Below are positions 31,755 through 40,530 of a stretch of 64,000 bases of DNA, piece after piece; the stretch's first letter is position 1; every line of letters begins with the position of its first letter. Under the pieces are notes generated by a model. It was not told where the DNA came from. It ran no database searches and was given only the letters and a program-made list of their open reading frames with translations. This DNA is from Candidatus Omnitrophota bacterium. GTDB taxonomy: Bacteria > Omnitrophota > Gorgyraeia > Zapsychrales > Fredricksoniimonadaceae. The DNA lies in assembly GCA_030650275.1 (NCBI GenBank), contig JAUSEK010000008.1:811-64810 (forward strand). The letters run 5' to 3'. A program made the position numbers and the translations under genes.

Positions 31755-32729
31755 ATGCGCCTGTACATTTTAAAAAGATTGGGTATTGCGGTCCTGCTTT
31801 TGCTGGCCATGACGTTCATGACCTTTCTGATCATGCGCGCAACACCGGGCAATTTTTTTGACGCGCTTAAGATGAACCCGCAGATCTCGCCGGAAACCGT
31901 GGCGCGTTATGAGCATCTTTACGGCCTGGATAAGCCGCTGTTCATCCAATACGGGCATTGGCTGGCCAATATCCTGCGCGGGGAGTTCGGCTATTCTTTT
32001 TATTACAATGTGCCGGTCACTCATATTCTGGTCGGCCGTTTGGGCAATACGTTCATCCTATCTTTGGCGAGTTTCCTGCTGACATGGCTTGTTGCCATTC
32101 CTTTAGGTGTCTGGGCCGCGCTTCGCCGCAACCGGTTGGCTGACCGTTTATTGAGTTTTTTGTCATTCGCCGCTTTTTCCACGCCGGGATTCTTTCTGGC
32201 CATGCTGTTATTGTACGCGGCCAGCCAGTGGGGTGTTCTGCCTTTGGGAGGCATGCGCAGCCCGACCTACGATGATATGACAGCTCTCGCCAAGATCCTG
32301 GATGTCGGCGCGCATTTGATCATCCCGACGGTGGTCCTGTCCCTGGCGTCCATGGCCAGTTTACAGCGGCTCATGCGCGCCAATCTGCTTTCCGTTTTGC
32401 GCAAACAATACGTGACCGCGGCCCGTGCCAAAGGCCTGCCGGAAAACCAGGTCATTTACCGCCACGCTCTTCGCAACGCTTTTAATCCCATGGTCACCTT
32501 GCTGGGATATGAATTTTCCGGTCTTTTAAGCGGGGCCGCGCTCGTCGAGATCGTTTGCAGCTGGCCGGGACTGGGAACGCTGATGCTCACCGCGGTGCGG
32601 GCCAAGGACATGTATGTGGTCATGGCCAGCATGCTCATGGGCGGGGTGCTTTTGCTGTTGGGAAATTTGCTCGCCGACATTCTTTTACTTTGGGTGGACC
32701 CGAGGATCCGTTATGGCTCGAATGCGTAA
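31755..32729 (+). CDS. ABC transporter permease (OppB/DppB-like)
   Basis: EAA-type motif region ARAKGLPENQVIYRHALRNA. Confidence 0.8.
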   Translation: MRLYILKRLGIAVLLLLAMTFMTFLIMRATPGNFFDALKMNPQISPETVARYEHLYGLDKPLFIQYGHWLANILRGEFGYSFYYNVPVTHILVGRLGNTFILSLASFLLTWLVAIPLGVWAALRRNRLADRLLSFLSFAAFSTPGFFLAMLLLYAASQWGVLPLGGMRSPTYDDMTALAKILDVGAHLIIPTVVLSLASMASLQRLMRANLLSVLRKQYVTAARAKGLPENQVIYRHALRNAFNPMVTLLGYEFSGLLSGAALVEIVCSWPGLGTLMLTAVRAKDMYVVMASMLMGGVLLLLGNLLADILLLWVDPRIRYGSNA

Positions 32730-33705
32730 CCGCTGGGCTGTTGGATGTGCCTGCGTTCTGGGCTTATTGTACGGGGCTGCGGTCTTTGCCGACGTTCTGG
32801 CGCCTTATGGTTATGGCGATGAAGACCGCAATTATTCGTTCTGCCCGCCCACACCTGTTGTTATTTGGGAGAAAGGTCATTTCGTGCCGCCGTTCGTTTA
32901 CGGCCGCGTTCTGCGTTTTGATGAATACCGCCGAAGGGTTTATGATATTGACCCCGCGCAAAAATATCCGGTCCGGTTTTTCCGTGAGGGCCGTTTGTTC
33001 GGCGTGGACACCCCGGGGCGCGTTTATCTGTGGGGCGCGGATAGCCGCGGCCGTGACCTTCTTTCCCGTATTCTCTACGGGGCGAGGATCTCATTGTCCA
33101 TCGGCTTGGCCGGGGTGGCCATCGCCTTTACGCTGGGACTGATGGTGGGAGGCATTGCCGGTTATTACGGCGGATGGGTGGATGGGATCTTGATGCGTGT
33201 TTGCGAAGCGTTCATGATGGTCCCCGGGTTTTATTTGATGCTGGCTTTGCGCGCCGCGGTGCCGGATAATTTCAATTCCGTGCAGATCTATTGTTCGGTC
33301 GTGGTCATTTTGTCTTTTATCGGGTGGGCGTCGCTGGCGCGCGTCATCCGGGGGATGGCCCTGTCTTTGAGCCAACGGGATTATGTGCTGGCCGCCAAAA
33401 CCATGGGCGTGCCCGACGGCATTATTATTCTACGCCATATTTTGCCCCATACGGTGTCGTATTCTCTGGTGGCGCTCATGTTGAGCATCCCCGCTTATAT
33501 TTTAGGGGAGGCGGGTTTGAGTTTATTGGGTTTAGGCATCCAGGACCCGGTCCCCAGTTGGGGAAATTTGCTTTCAGATGCCATGGGCATTGTCCAGATC
33601 ACATTCGCGCCGTGGATCCTCATTCCCGGGCTTTTTATTTTCGCGGCCGTCATCTGTTTTAACGTCATCGGCGACGGCCTGCGTGATGCTTTAGAAGGAT
33701 CGTAA
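32713..33705 (+). CDS. ABC transporter permease (OppC/DppC-like)
   Basis: AAKTMGVPDGIIILRHILPHT; overlaps the upstream permease by 17 nt. Confidence 0.8.
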   Translation: MARMRNRWAVGCACVLGLLYGAAVFADVLAPYGYGDEDRNYSFCPPTPVVIWEKGHFVPPFVYGRVLRFDEYRRRVYDIDPAQKYPVRFFREGRLFGVDTPGRVYLWGADSRGRDLLSRILYGARISLSIGLAGVAIAFTLGLMVGGIAGYYGGWVDGILMRVCEAFMMVPGFYLMLALRAAVPDNFNSVQIYCSVVVILSFIGWASLARVIRGMALSLSQRDYVLAAKTMGVPDGIIILRHILPHTVSYSLVALMLSIPAYILGEAGLSLLGLGIQDPVPSWGNLLSDAMGIVQITFAPWILIPGLFIFAAVICFNVIGDGLRDALEGS

Positions 33706-34464
33706 ATGAATTTATTATCCATCCAAAATTTAACAGTTACTGTTAACGAAACAAAAATTCTCAACGACGTTTCTTTTTGTGTGGGCAAAGGACGCATCAT
33801 GGCTCTGGTCGGCGGTTCAGGCGGCGGTAAGACCACCGCGGGGATGTCCATCCTGCGGCTTCTGGCCGAACCCCTGTGCATCCGCAGCGGGAGCGTCATT
33901 TTTGATGGTCAGGATATTTTATCTTTACCTCACCAACAGATGCGTCGTCTGCGGGGAGCGCAGATCGCCATGGTGTTCCAGGAGCCGTTGGACGCTTTTG
34001 ATCCTTTGTTCACCATCGGCGAACAGATCGACGAGGTTTTGGCCGCGCATACTGATCTATCATCGCAACAGCGCCATGAAAGAGCCATGGAAGTTTTGTC
34101 CCAGGCGCAATTGCCGCAGCCCGAACGCGTGGTCCGCCGTTATCCCCATCAGTTGAGCGGCGGCCAGCGCCAGCGCGCCATGATCGCCCAGGCCATTGCC
34201 TGTAGACCAAAACTTTTGATCGCGGATGAGCCCACCAGCAATCTGGACGTCGTGGCCCAGGCCGGGATCATGGACGTGTTGCGCGCGCTTAAGTCGGAGA
34301 TGTCCGTCATTTTGATCACCCATGATCTGGGCATGGTCGCGCACATTGCTGATGACGCGGTCGTGTTATGCGAGGGCAGGGTCGTGGAAGCGGGGCCGGT
34401 CATGGACATCATGACAAACCCGCGTCATCCGTACACGCAAGCCATGGTCAAGGTATTCCAATAA
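33706..34464 (+). CDS. ABC transporter ATP-binding protein (OppD-like)
   Basis: Walker A GGSGGGKTT; LSGGQRQR signature. Confidence 0.85.
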   Translation: MNLLSIQNLTVTVNETKILNDVSFCVGKGRIMALVGGSGGGKTTAGMSILRLLAEPLCIRSGSVIFDGQDILSLPHQQMRRLRGAQIAMVFQEPLDAFDPLFTIGEQIDEVLAAHTDLSSQQRHERAMEVLSQAQLPQPERVVRRYPHQLSGGQRQRAMIAQAIACRPKLLIADEPTSNLDVVAQAGIMDVLRALKSEMSVILITHDLGMVAHIADDAVVLCEGRVVEAGPVMDIMTNPRHPYTQAMVKVFQ

Positions 34465-35198
34465 TGCTTGAGATGCGGGACATCAAGAAATATTTCGCTT
34501 CCGGCCTTGTCAAAGCCGTGGACGGGGTCAGTTTATCTGTTGAGCGCGGTGAATGTCTGGCCATCGTCGGTGAATCCGGATGCGGGAAAACCACGCTGGC
34601 CAAGGTCCTTTTGGGATTATTGCCCGCGGATGAAGGGCGGATACTGCTCGACGGCAAACTTCTGGATACCCGCGGCCGGCGTAAGGTCCAAATTGTTTTT
34701 CAGGACCCTTACGCCAGTCTGGACCCGCTCTGGACGGTGCGCGGCATTTTGTCTGAAGCGTTCCATGCGCGGCCCGGTCTGGGCCCCCAGGAGCAGGAGA
34801 GGCAGATGCGCGCCGTGCTTGCCGAGGTCGGTTTAACAGAGGACATGCTGGTCCGCCGGCCCCATCAGTTGAGCGGCGGCCAGCGCCAGCGCGCGGCCAT
34901 TGCCCGGGCGCTGTTGACCCAGCCCCGCGTGCTGGTGCTCGATGAGCCCGTGTCGTCTCTGGACGTGCTGGTGCAAAAACAGATCATGGACCTTTTGAAG
35001 AAGGTCCGCAGTGATTTCGCGCTGACATGCGTTTTTATTTCCCATAATCTGCGTGTCGTGCGGGATTTCGGTGATAAAATAGCCGTGATGCGTGAGGGCC
35101 GCGTCCTTCAAACAGGGTCCTGGGCGCAGGTTTTTGGTCCCGACGGACATCCATACGCGCGCCAACTCCATAAAGCCGCTTTCGAATATACGACATGA
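34464..35198 (+). CDS. ABC transporter ATP-binding protein (OppF-like)
   Basis: GESGCGKTT; LSGGQRQR; TAATG overlap. Confidence 0.85.
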   Translation: MLEMRDIKKYFASGLVKAVDGVSLSVERGECLAIVGESGCGKTTLAKVLLGLLPADEGRILLDGKLLDTRGRRKVQIVFQDPYASLDPLWTVRGILSEAFHARPGLGPQEQERQMRAVLAEVGLTEDMLVRRPHQLSGGQRQRAAIARALLTQPRVLVLDEPVSSLDVLVQKQIMDLLKKVRSDFALTCVFISHNLRVVRDFGDKIAVMREGRVLQTGSWAQVFGPDGHPYARQLHKAAFEYTT

Positions 35199-37213
35199 GC
35201 GACCGATTCTGGCAACGGTTAAGTTATCTTTCAGGGATCGCCGCCCTCGGCGTATTTTTCGGGCTCGCCGTTTTCCTGGCCGGTGTTGAGGTCAAAGACC
35301 TGGACCTGTGGCTGCATTTGAAGACCGGCCAGATCATCGCCGAAACCGGATCTGTCCCGTCCGTTGACATTTTTTCCTCCACCATCGCCGGAAGACCCTG
35401 GATCAATCACGAATGGCTGTTCCAGGTCCTTGTCCACTATGTGCATCAGTTCTTCGGCTTTGACGGGCTGATCACCATGCAGGTATGGGTGGTGACCCTG
35501 ACCCTGGCCCTGCTGCTTTTTCTGGGCTACAGCCGCGAGCGTCAATGGCTGGTTGTTTTCACCCTGCTTCTGGTTCTTTTGGTCTATAAGACCCGTTTCA
35601 CGATACGTCCTGACATTTTTTCCCTGCTTTTTTTCGTCCTTTACGTCCATCTTTGTTCAGCGCACATTCACAAGCGATGGTTTTTGCCCGCTCTGGTCCT
35701 GATCCAGGTGGTGTGGACGAACATGCACGGGTTTTTCTTTTTCGGGCCCTTGCTCATCGGGACCGGGATATTCGCGGAATTCCTCAAGCGCCGCGTGCCC
35801 CTGCCCTTTGAATGGAATACCGTCGCGCGTTTGACCGACGAAGAATACCGGCGTCTTCGATGGGCGGGCTTAGCCGTGCTTCTGGCCTGCTGTGTCAATC
35901 CTTTGGGTATCAAAGGCGCTTTATACCCGCTTGTTGTCCTGGGACAATTGGGCAATGGGGCAGGGGTATTTTTCAAACACATCACCGAACTGCAAAAACC
36001 CATTGCCTGGAACACGCTGTTCACGCTGCAATACCTTCCTTATAAAATGCTGATCCTGCTCTCGGCTTTAAGTTTCGTTTTTAACCGCCGGCGCGTGGAT
36101 GTGAGCGTTTTTTTGGTGTGGATCGTCTTTCTCTTATTTTCGCTCACCGCCATACGCAATATGGTTTTTTTCGCGGCGGCCGCGTATCTGGTCTTTGCCG
36201 CCAATGCCGCGCAGGTCGTCTGGGACGACGTGACGCCGCTGCGTTTCACGCATCCCAGGTTCAAATCCATGACCGGCATTATCCTGAAGCTCTCCCTGCT
36301 CATGTGGATGATGAATCTGGGGCTGGCGGTGGCCACCAACGGCTATTTTGATTTTGATACGTATGAGCGCAAAAGCGAATTCGGGGGACTGTCCAAACGC
36401 AGTTATCCGTATAAGGCCGTGGATTTTTTGGTCGCCAACGGCATCAAAGGTGATTTTTTCAATGATTTTAATTCCGGCGCGTATCTCATCGGCCGCGCTT
36501 ACCCCAACGTGAAGGTTTTTATCGACGGACGCACCGAACTGTACGGCTCGGATTTTTTTGAACGTTATCAAAAGGTATGGAAGCAGGGAGACCTGAAGAT
36601 GTTCCGGGAGATGGATATCAAACGCAATATCACCGGCGCGTTCTTGAACAACAACAATCAGGACATCCCGCGCAAGGTCCTTAAGATGTTTGCCCGCATG
36701 CCCGGATGGAAGGTCGTGTATTTCGACGACGATGCCGTCATTTTTCTTAAAGAGACGCCGGTCCATAAACCCCTGATCACGAAATTTGCCGTTGATCTGA
36801 ACAAGTGGAACCCCAAACCCATGGACCTCTTGAAGCTCGGCCCCAAACGCATTGACCCGTTCCCGTTTGTCAGCCGTGCTTATCTCCTGGAGTCCTTGGG
36901 GATGGACGGGCCCGCCTTAAAGGAGGTGGCGTGCGCCTTGCAGGTGTCGCCCGACCACCCCGGGGCATACAGGTTGTGGGGGAAGATCGATGCACGGCGC
37001 CGGGATTATCGCAAAGCGTTTGAACATTTCCGCATGGCCGTCATGCTGTTTCCCGGCGACCGCCAGAGCCGCATGGGACTGGCCAATGCCTATGAACATT
37101 TGGGGGACCGTCAGGGAGCGCTCAGGCAATACGAACGCCTGCTTGCGGATAAGCCCAATGATGTTAGAATAGCCGATAAAGTCAGGAAGTTGAAAGAACG
37201 TTTGAAAAAGTAA
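35195..37213 (+). CDS. Polytopic membrane protein (~11 TM) with a C-terminal soluble TPR-containing domain; function unknown, possibly a GT-C-like glycosyltransferase
   Basis: Hydrophobic N-terminal 400 aa. C-terminal TPR-like YRLWGKIDARRRDYRKAFEHFRMAV...ANAYEHLGDRQGALRQYERLL. Confidence 0.45.
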   Translation: MSDRFWQRLSYLSGIAALGVFFGLAVFLAGVEVKDLDLWLHLKTGQIIAETGSVPSVDIFSSTIAGRPWINHEWLFQVLVHYVHQFFGFDGLITMQVWVVTLTLALLLFLGYSRERQWLVVFTLLLVLLVYKTRFTIRPDIFSLLFFVLYVHLCSAHIHKRWFLPALVLIQVVWTNMHGFFFFGPLLIGTGIFAEFLKRRVPLPFEWNTVARLTDEEYRRLRWAGLAVLLACCVNPLGIKGALYPLVVLGQLGNGAGVFFKHITELQKPIAWNTLFTLQYLPYKMLILLSALSFVFNRRRVDVSVFLVWIVFLLFSLTAIRNMVFFAAAAYLVFAANAAQVVWDDVTPLRFTHPRFKSMTGIILKLSLLMWMMNLGLAVATNGYFDFDTYERKSEFGGLSKRSYPYKAVDFLVANGIKGDFFNDFNSGAYLIGRAYPNVKVFIDGRTELYGSDFFERYQKVWKQGDLKMFREMDIKRNITGAFLNNNNQDIPRKVLKMFARMPGWKVVYFDDDAVIFLKETPVHKPLITKFAVDLNKWNPKPMDLLKLGPKRIDPFPFVSRAYLLESLGMDGPALKEVACALQVSPDHPGAYRLWGKIDARRRDYRKAFEHFRMAVMLFPGDRQSRMGLANAYEHLGDRQGALRQYERLLADKPNDVRIADKVRKLKERLKK

Positions 37214-37230
37214 AAACAAAAGGTTTTCGC

Positions 37231-38433
37231 ATGCGTGATATTTTGACCTTCATCCTCGCCGGCGGCAAAGGCGAGCGTTTAGACCCCCTGACCCGCGACC
37301 GGGCCAAGCCCGCCGTTCCTTTCGGCGGCATTTACCGCATCGTTGATTTTGCATTGAGCAATTGCGTCAACTCCGGGCTGCGCCGGATTTTTCTTTTGAC
37401 CCAGTACAAGTCCTTTTCCCTGCAGCGGCACATCCTGGAGGGATGGAACATTTATTCCAATCAATTGGGGGAGTTCATCGACGTGGTCCCGGCCCAGCAG
37501 CGTATTTCCGCCGACTGGTACCGCGGCACCGCGGACGCCATTTACCAGAATTTGAACATGGTCCAGGATTATGACCCGAAACTGGTGCTCATCCTCGCCG
37601 GCGATCACGTCTACAAGATGGATTACCGCAAGATGATCGACGATCACGTCCGTACAGGCGCGGACATGACCGTGGCGTGCTTGTCCATGCCTAAAAGCGA
37701 AGCCGCCTATTTCGGGGTGGTTGAAGTGAATAAAAATAGCATGATCGTGGGTTTTCAGGAAAAACCGAAAGACCCTAAAACCATCCCGTCGGACCCCGGC
37801 TCCATTTTCGGGTCCATGGGCATTTACCTTTTTAATGCGGACGTTTTGTTCAAAGAATTGAAGATCGACGCGGACAAAAGCGATTCCGGCCATGATTTCG
37901 GTAAGAACATCATCCCGCAGATGATCCAAAAGAAAATGAAGGTGTCCGCTTACGATTTTGCGGCCAATAATGAATTTTCGTATTGGCGCGACATCGGGAC
38001 CCGCGACGCCTATTATCAGGCCAACATGGACCTGGTGGGCCCCGACCCCAAATTCAACCTTTTTGAAAGATCATGGCCCTTAAGGACGCATTATCATCAT
38101 TATTCGCCCGTGCGCGCGTACACGACGGGTAAAAAACCAGGGACGATCGTCAATTCTTTGGTGGCCAGTGGTTGTGTCCTGGAAAGCGCGCAGGTCATCC
38201 ATTCGGTGGTTTCCAACAATGTGTTCATTAAGGACGGGGCGTCGGTGACAAATTCCGTGATCATGGACAGCGTCACCATAGGCCAAGGGGCGCAGATCCA
38301 GAATGCCATCATTGACAAGGACGTGGTCATTCCCGCGGGTGCCCGCATCGGTTTTGATGCAGAGGACGACCGTAAACGTTTTACGCTGACCACGTCGGGG
38401 ATAGTAATTGTTGCGAAAAAAACATCATTATGA
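37231..38433 (+). CDS. glgC: Glucose-1-phosphate adenylyltransferase
   Basis: FILAGGKGERLDPLTRDRAKPAVPFGGIYRIVDFALSNCVNSG. Confidence 0.85.
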   Translation: MRDILTFILAGGKGERLDPLTRDRAKPAVPFGGIYRIVDFALSNCVNSGLRRIFLLTQYKSFSLQRHILEGWNIYSNQLGEFIDVVPAQQRISADWYRGTADAIYQNLNMVQDYDPKLVLILAGDHVYKMDYRKMIDDHVRTGADMTVACLSMPKSEAAYFGVVEVNKNSMIVGFQEKPKDPKTIPSDPGSIFGSMGIYLFNADVLFKELKIDADKSDSGHDFGKNIIPQMIQKKMKVSAYDFAANNEFSYWRDIGTRDAYYQANMDLVGPDPKFNLFERSWPLRTHYHHYSPVRAYTTGKKPGTIVNSLVASGCVLESAQVIHSVVSNNVFIKDGASVTNSVIMDSVTIGQGAQIQNAIIDKDVVIPAGARIGFDAEDDRKRFTLTTSGIVIVAKKTSL

Positions 38434-38437
38434 GGAA

Positions 38438-38517
38438 ATCCCGCTTCGCGGGATAAATTCGCACAAACAAGTTATGTTCGTCCCGACGCTTCGGTCGGGA
38501 CTCCATAACTTGTGTGC
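38438..38517 (+). promoter_or_regulatory. Two stem-loops between glgC and fabV: ATCCCGC-TTC-GCGGGAT, and a nested long hairpin GCACAAACAAGTTATG...GTCCCGACGCTTCGGTCGGGAC...CATAACTTGTGTGC. The second ends 7 nt before the fabV ATG.
   Basis: Perfect 7-bp and 8-bp GC-rich stems; the outer 14-bp stem has a 2-nt bulge. Confidence 0.6.
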
Positions 38518-38523
38518 TCATTT

Positions 38524-39756
38524 ATGATCATTCAGTCGAAGATCCGCGGTTTCATCTGCATCACCGCCCATCCCATCGGATGCGCCCGCAATGTCGCCGG
38601 GCAGATCGCTTATGTGCGTTCGCGCGGGGCCGTCAGCGGCGGGCCTAAAAAGGTCCTGGTGCTGGGCGCCTCTCACGGTTATGGCCTGGCTTCGCGCATT
38701 ACAGCTGCTTTCGGCTGCGGCGCGGCCACGATGGGTGTCTTCTTTGAAAGACCCTCTGACGGCAAACGCACGGCCACGGCCGGGTGGTACAATTCCGCCG
38801 CTTTTGAAACAGAAGCCAAAAAGGCGGGGCTTTACGCCAAAAGTTTTAACGGTGATGCTTTTTCCGACGACATGCGCCGGCAGGTCTGTGACGCCGTTGC
38901 CAGGGACTGGGGACAGACCGACTGCGTCATTTATTCCCTGGCTTCTCCGCGGCGTATTGACCCTAAGACCGGAACATTATATAAGTCCATTCTTAAGCCC
39001 AAAGGCAAACCTTACACCAATAAGAGCATTGATTTTGAGGCCAACCGGGTGACCACGGTCACTTTGGAAGCGGCGACCGACGAAGAAATACAGGACACGG
39101 TCAAGGTCATGGGCGGGGAGGACTGGGAATTTTGGATCGAGGCCTTGCGCGCGCGGAATTTACTGGCGCCCAAGGCATTGACCGTGGCGTATTCCTACAT
39201 CGGTCCGGACATGACTACGGCCGTGTACCGCAACGGCACCATCGGCGCGGCCAAAGACCATCTGGAGGCCATGGCCCATAAACTCGATGTCCTTCTCAAG
39301 CCAAGCGGCGGCCGGGCCGTGGTATCCGTCAACAAGGCCTTAGTCACCCAAAGCAGTTCCGCCATTCCTTTTATTCCTTTATACTTTGTGCTCTTGATGA
39401 AGGTGATGAAGACCAAGGGTGTGCATGAGGACTGTATCCAGCAGGCCTATCGGCTCTTTGCCGAACGTCTGTATAACGGGCGCGCGTTTGATCATATCCC
39501 CGTGGATGAGGCCGGCCGCGTGCGCATTGACAACCTGGAAATGCTGCCTGAGGTCCAGGCGGAGGTCAACAAACTGTGGGCCATCGTGTCCAGTGACAAT
39601 GTGAACGCCATCGCCGACGTCACCGGTTATAACAGCGATTTCCTGCGCCTCTTCGGCTTCGGCATGGAGGGTGTTGACTACGACGCCGACGTCGACCCCT
39701 TAGTCGGCCCCGACGTGCCCCTTGAGCAAGCCGACGTTTCAAAACACCGCTCTTGA
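38524..39756 (+). CDS. fabV: Trans-2-enoyl-CoA/ACP reductase (NADH), FabV family
   Basis: MIIQSKIRGFICITAHPIGCARNVAGQIAYV...KKVLVLGASHGYGLASRI. Confidence 0.85.
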   Translation: MIIQSKIRGFICITAHPIGCARNVAGQIAYVRSRGAVSGGPKKVLVLGASHGYGLASRITAAFGCGAATMGVFFERPSDGKRTATAGWYNSAAFETEAKKAGLYAKSFNGDAFSDDMRRQVCDAVARDWGQTDCVIYSLASPRRIDPKTGTLYKSILKPKGKPYTNKSIDFEANRVTTVTLEAATDEEIQDTVKVMGGEDWEFWIEALRARNLLAPKALTVAYSYIGPDMTTAVYRNGTIGAAKDHLEAMAHKLDVLLKPSGGRAVVSVNKALVTQSSSAIPFIPLYFVLLMKVMKTKGVHEDCIQQAYRLFAERLYNGRAFDHIPVDEAGRVRIDNLEMLPEVQAEVNKLWAIVSSDNVNAIADVTGYNSDFLRLFGFGMEGVDYDADVDPLVGPDVPLEQADVSKHRS

Positions 39757-39786
39757 TTTTTTATCGTTTTGGTGGATAATTAATGT

Positions 39787-39984
39787 ATGAGACGTGTGAG
39801 AACTTTAGCTAAATTGATTGAGCCATTTGCGGGTCAATGGGTGACATTGACAGCAGATGAAAAGACCGTCCTTGGCGTTTCCAAGAACATGCGCACAGCC
39901 ATTACTCAAGCCAGAAAAAAAGGCGAGCAGCAACCCTTTCTTATCAAATCCCCGGATGCCTATACGGCGGCGGTCTTCTATTGA
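39787..39984 (+). CDS. Small 65-aa protein, DUF5678-like
   Basis: MRRVRTLAKLIEPFAGQWVTLTADEKTVLGVSKNMRTAITQARKKGEQQPFLIKSPDAYTAAVFY; its stop overlaps the TTG of the next ORF (TTGA). Confidence 0.5.
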   Translation: MRRVRTLAKLIEPFAGQWVTLTADEKTVLGVSKNMRTAITQARKKGEQQPFLIKSPDAYTAAVFY

Positions 39985-40451
39985 AGCAAATATTCAATCT
40001 TGCTTATACCAACCTGATCATCCCTGCCAGCGGTTCGTTTGCCAGACGGATCATGTCCCGTCCGATGTTGCATACCGTATTGTCCCATCAAAAAAAGGAT
40101 TTGGATTTTTCTTTTGCCTGTATCGTTGATTCAGGAGCGGATTATTGTGTTTTTCCTGCGAGATATGGGGAAATTCTCGGTCTGAATATAGAAAGCGGCC
40201 GTCGCCTGCGATCGGGCGGACTTGGCGGAGGGGACGTTCTTTATTTTCATAAGGTTACCGTTAAGGTGGTTCTTGATGGTGAGCCAGTGCAATTTCATTG
40301 TAGGGCCGGTTTCTCGCGCACCATGGACAAGGCGGGCATCGGCTTTCTGGGCAGGCATGGATTCTTTGAATTATTTGAGGATGTTTGTTTTCATGAAGAC
40401 AAGAAGAAATTTGTTTTGAAAACCAATGATGATTTAGATTTTGAAGAATAG
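39981..40451 (+). CDS. Retropepsin-like (clan AA) aspartic protease; TTG start at 39981 (alternative ATG at 40053)
   Basis: ACIVDSGADYCVF has the hydrophobic-hydrophobic-D-S-G-A-D motif. The C-terminal GIGFLGRHGF resembles the hhGRD/N motif of retropepsins. Confidence 0.6.
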   Translation: MKQIFNLAYTNLIIPASGSFARRIMSRPMLHTVLSHQKKDLDFSFACIVDSGADYCVFPARYGEILGLNIESGRRLRSGGLGGGDVLYFHKVTVKVVLDGEPVQFHCRAGFSRTMDKAGIGFLGRHGFFELFEDVCFHEDKKKFVLKTNDDLDFEE

Positions 40452-40530
40452 ATTTTCTCCCCCCAAAATCCAGCAAATCAAAACTCCCCGATTGGCAAAT
40501 CATTTAAATATCGTATATACTTGGCCCATC

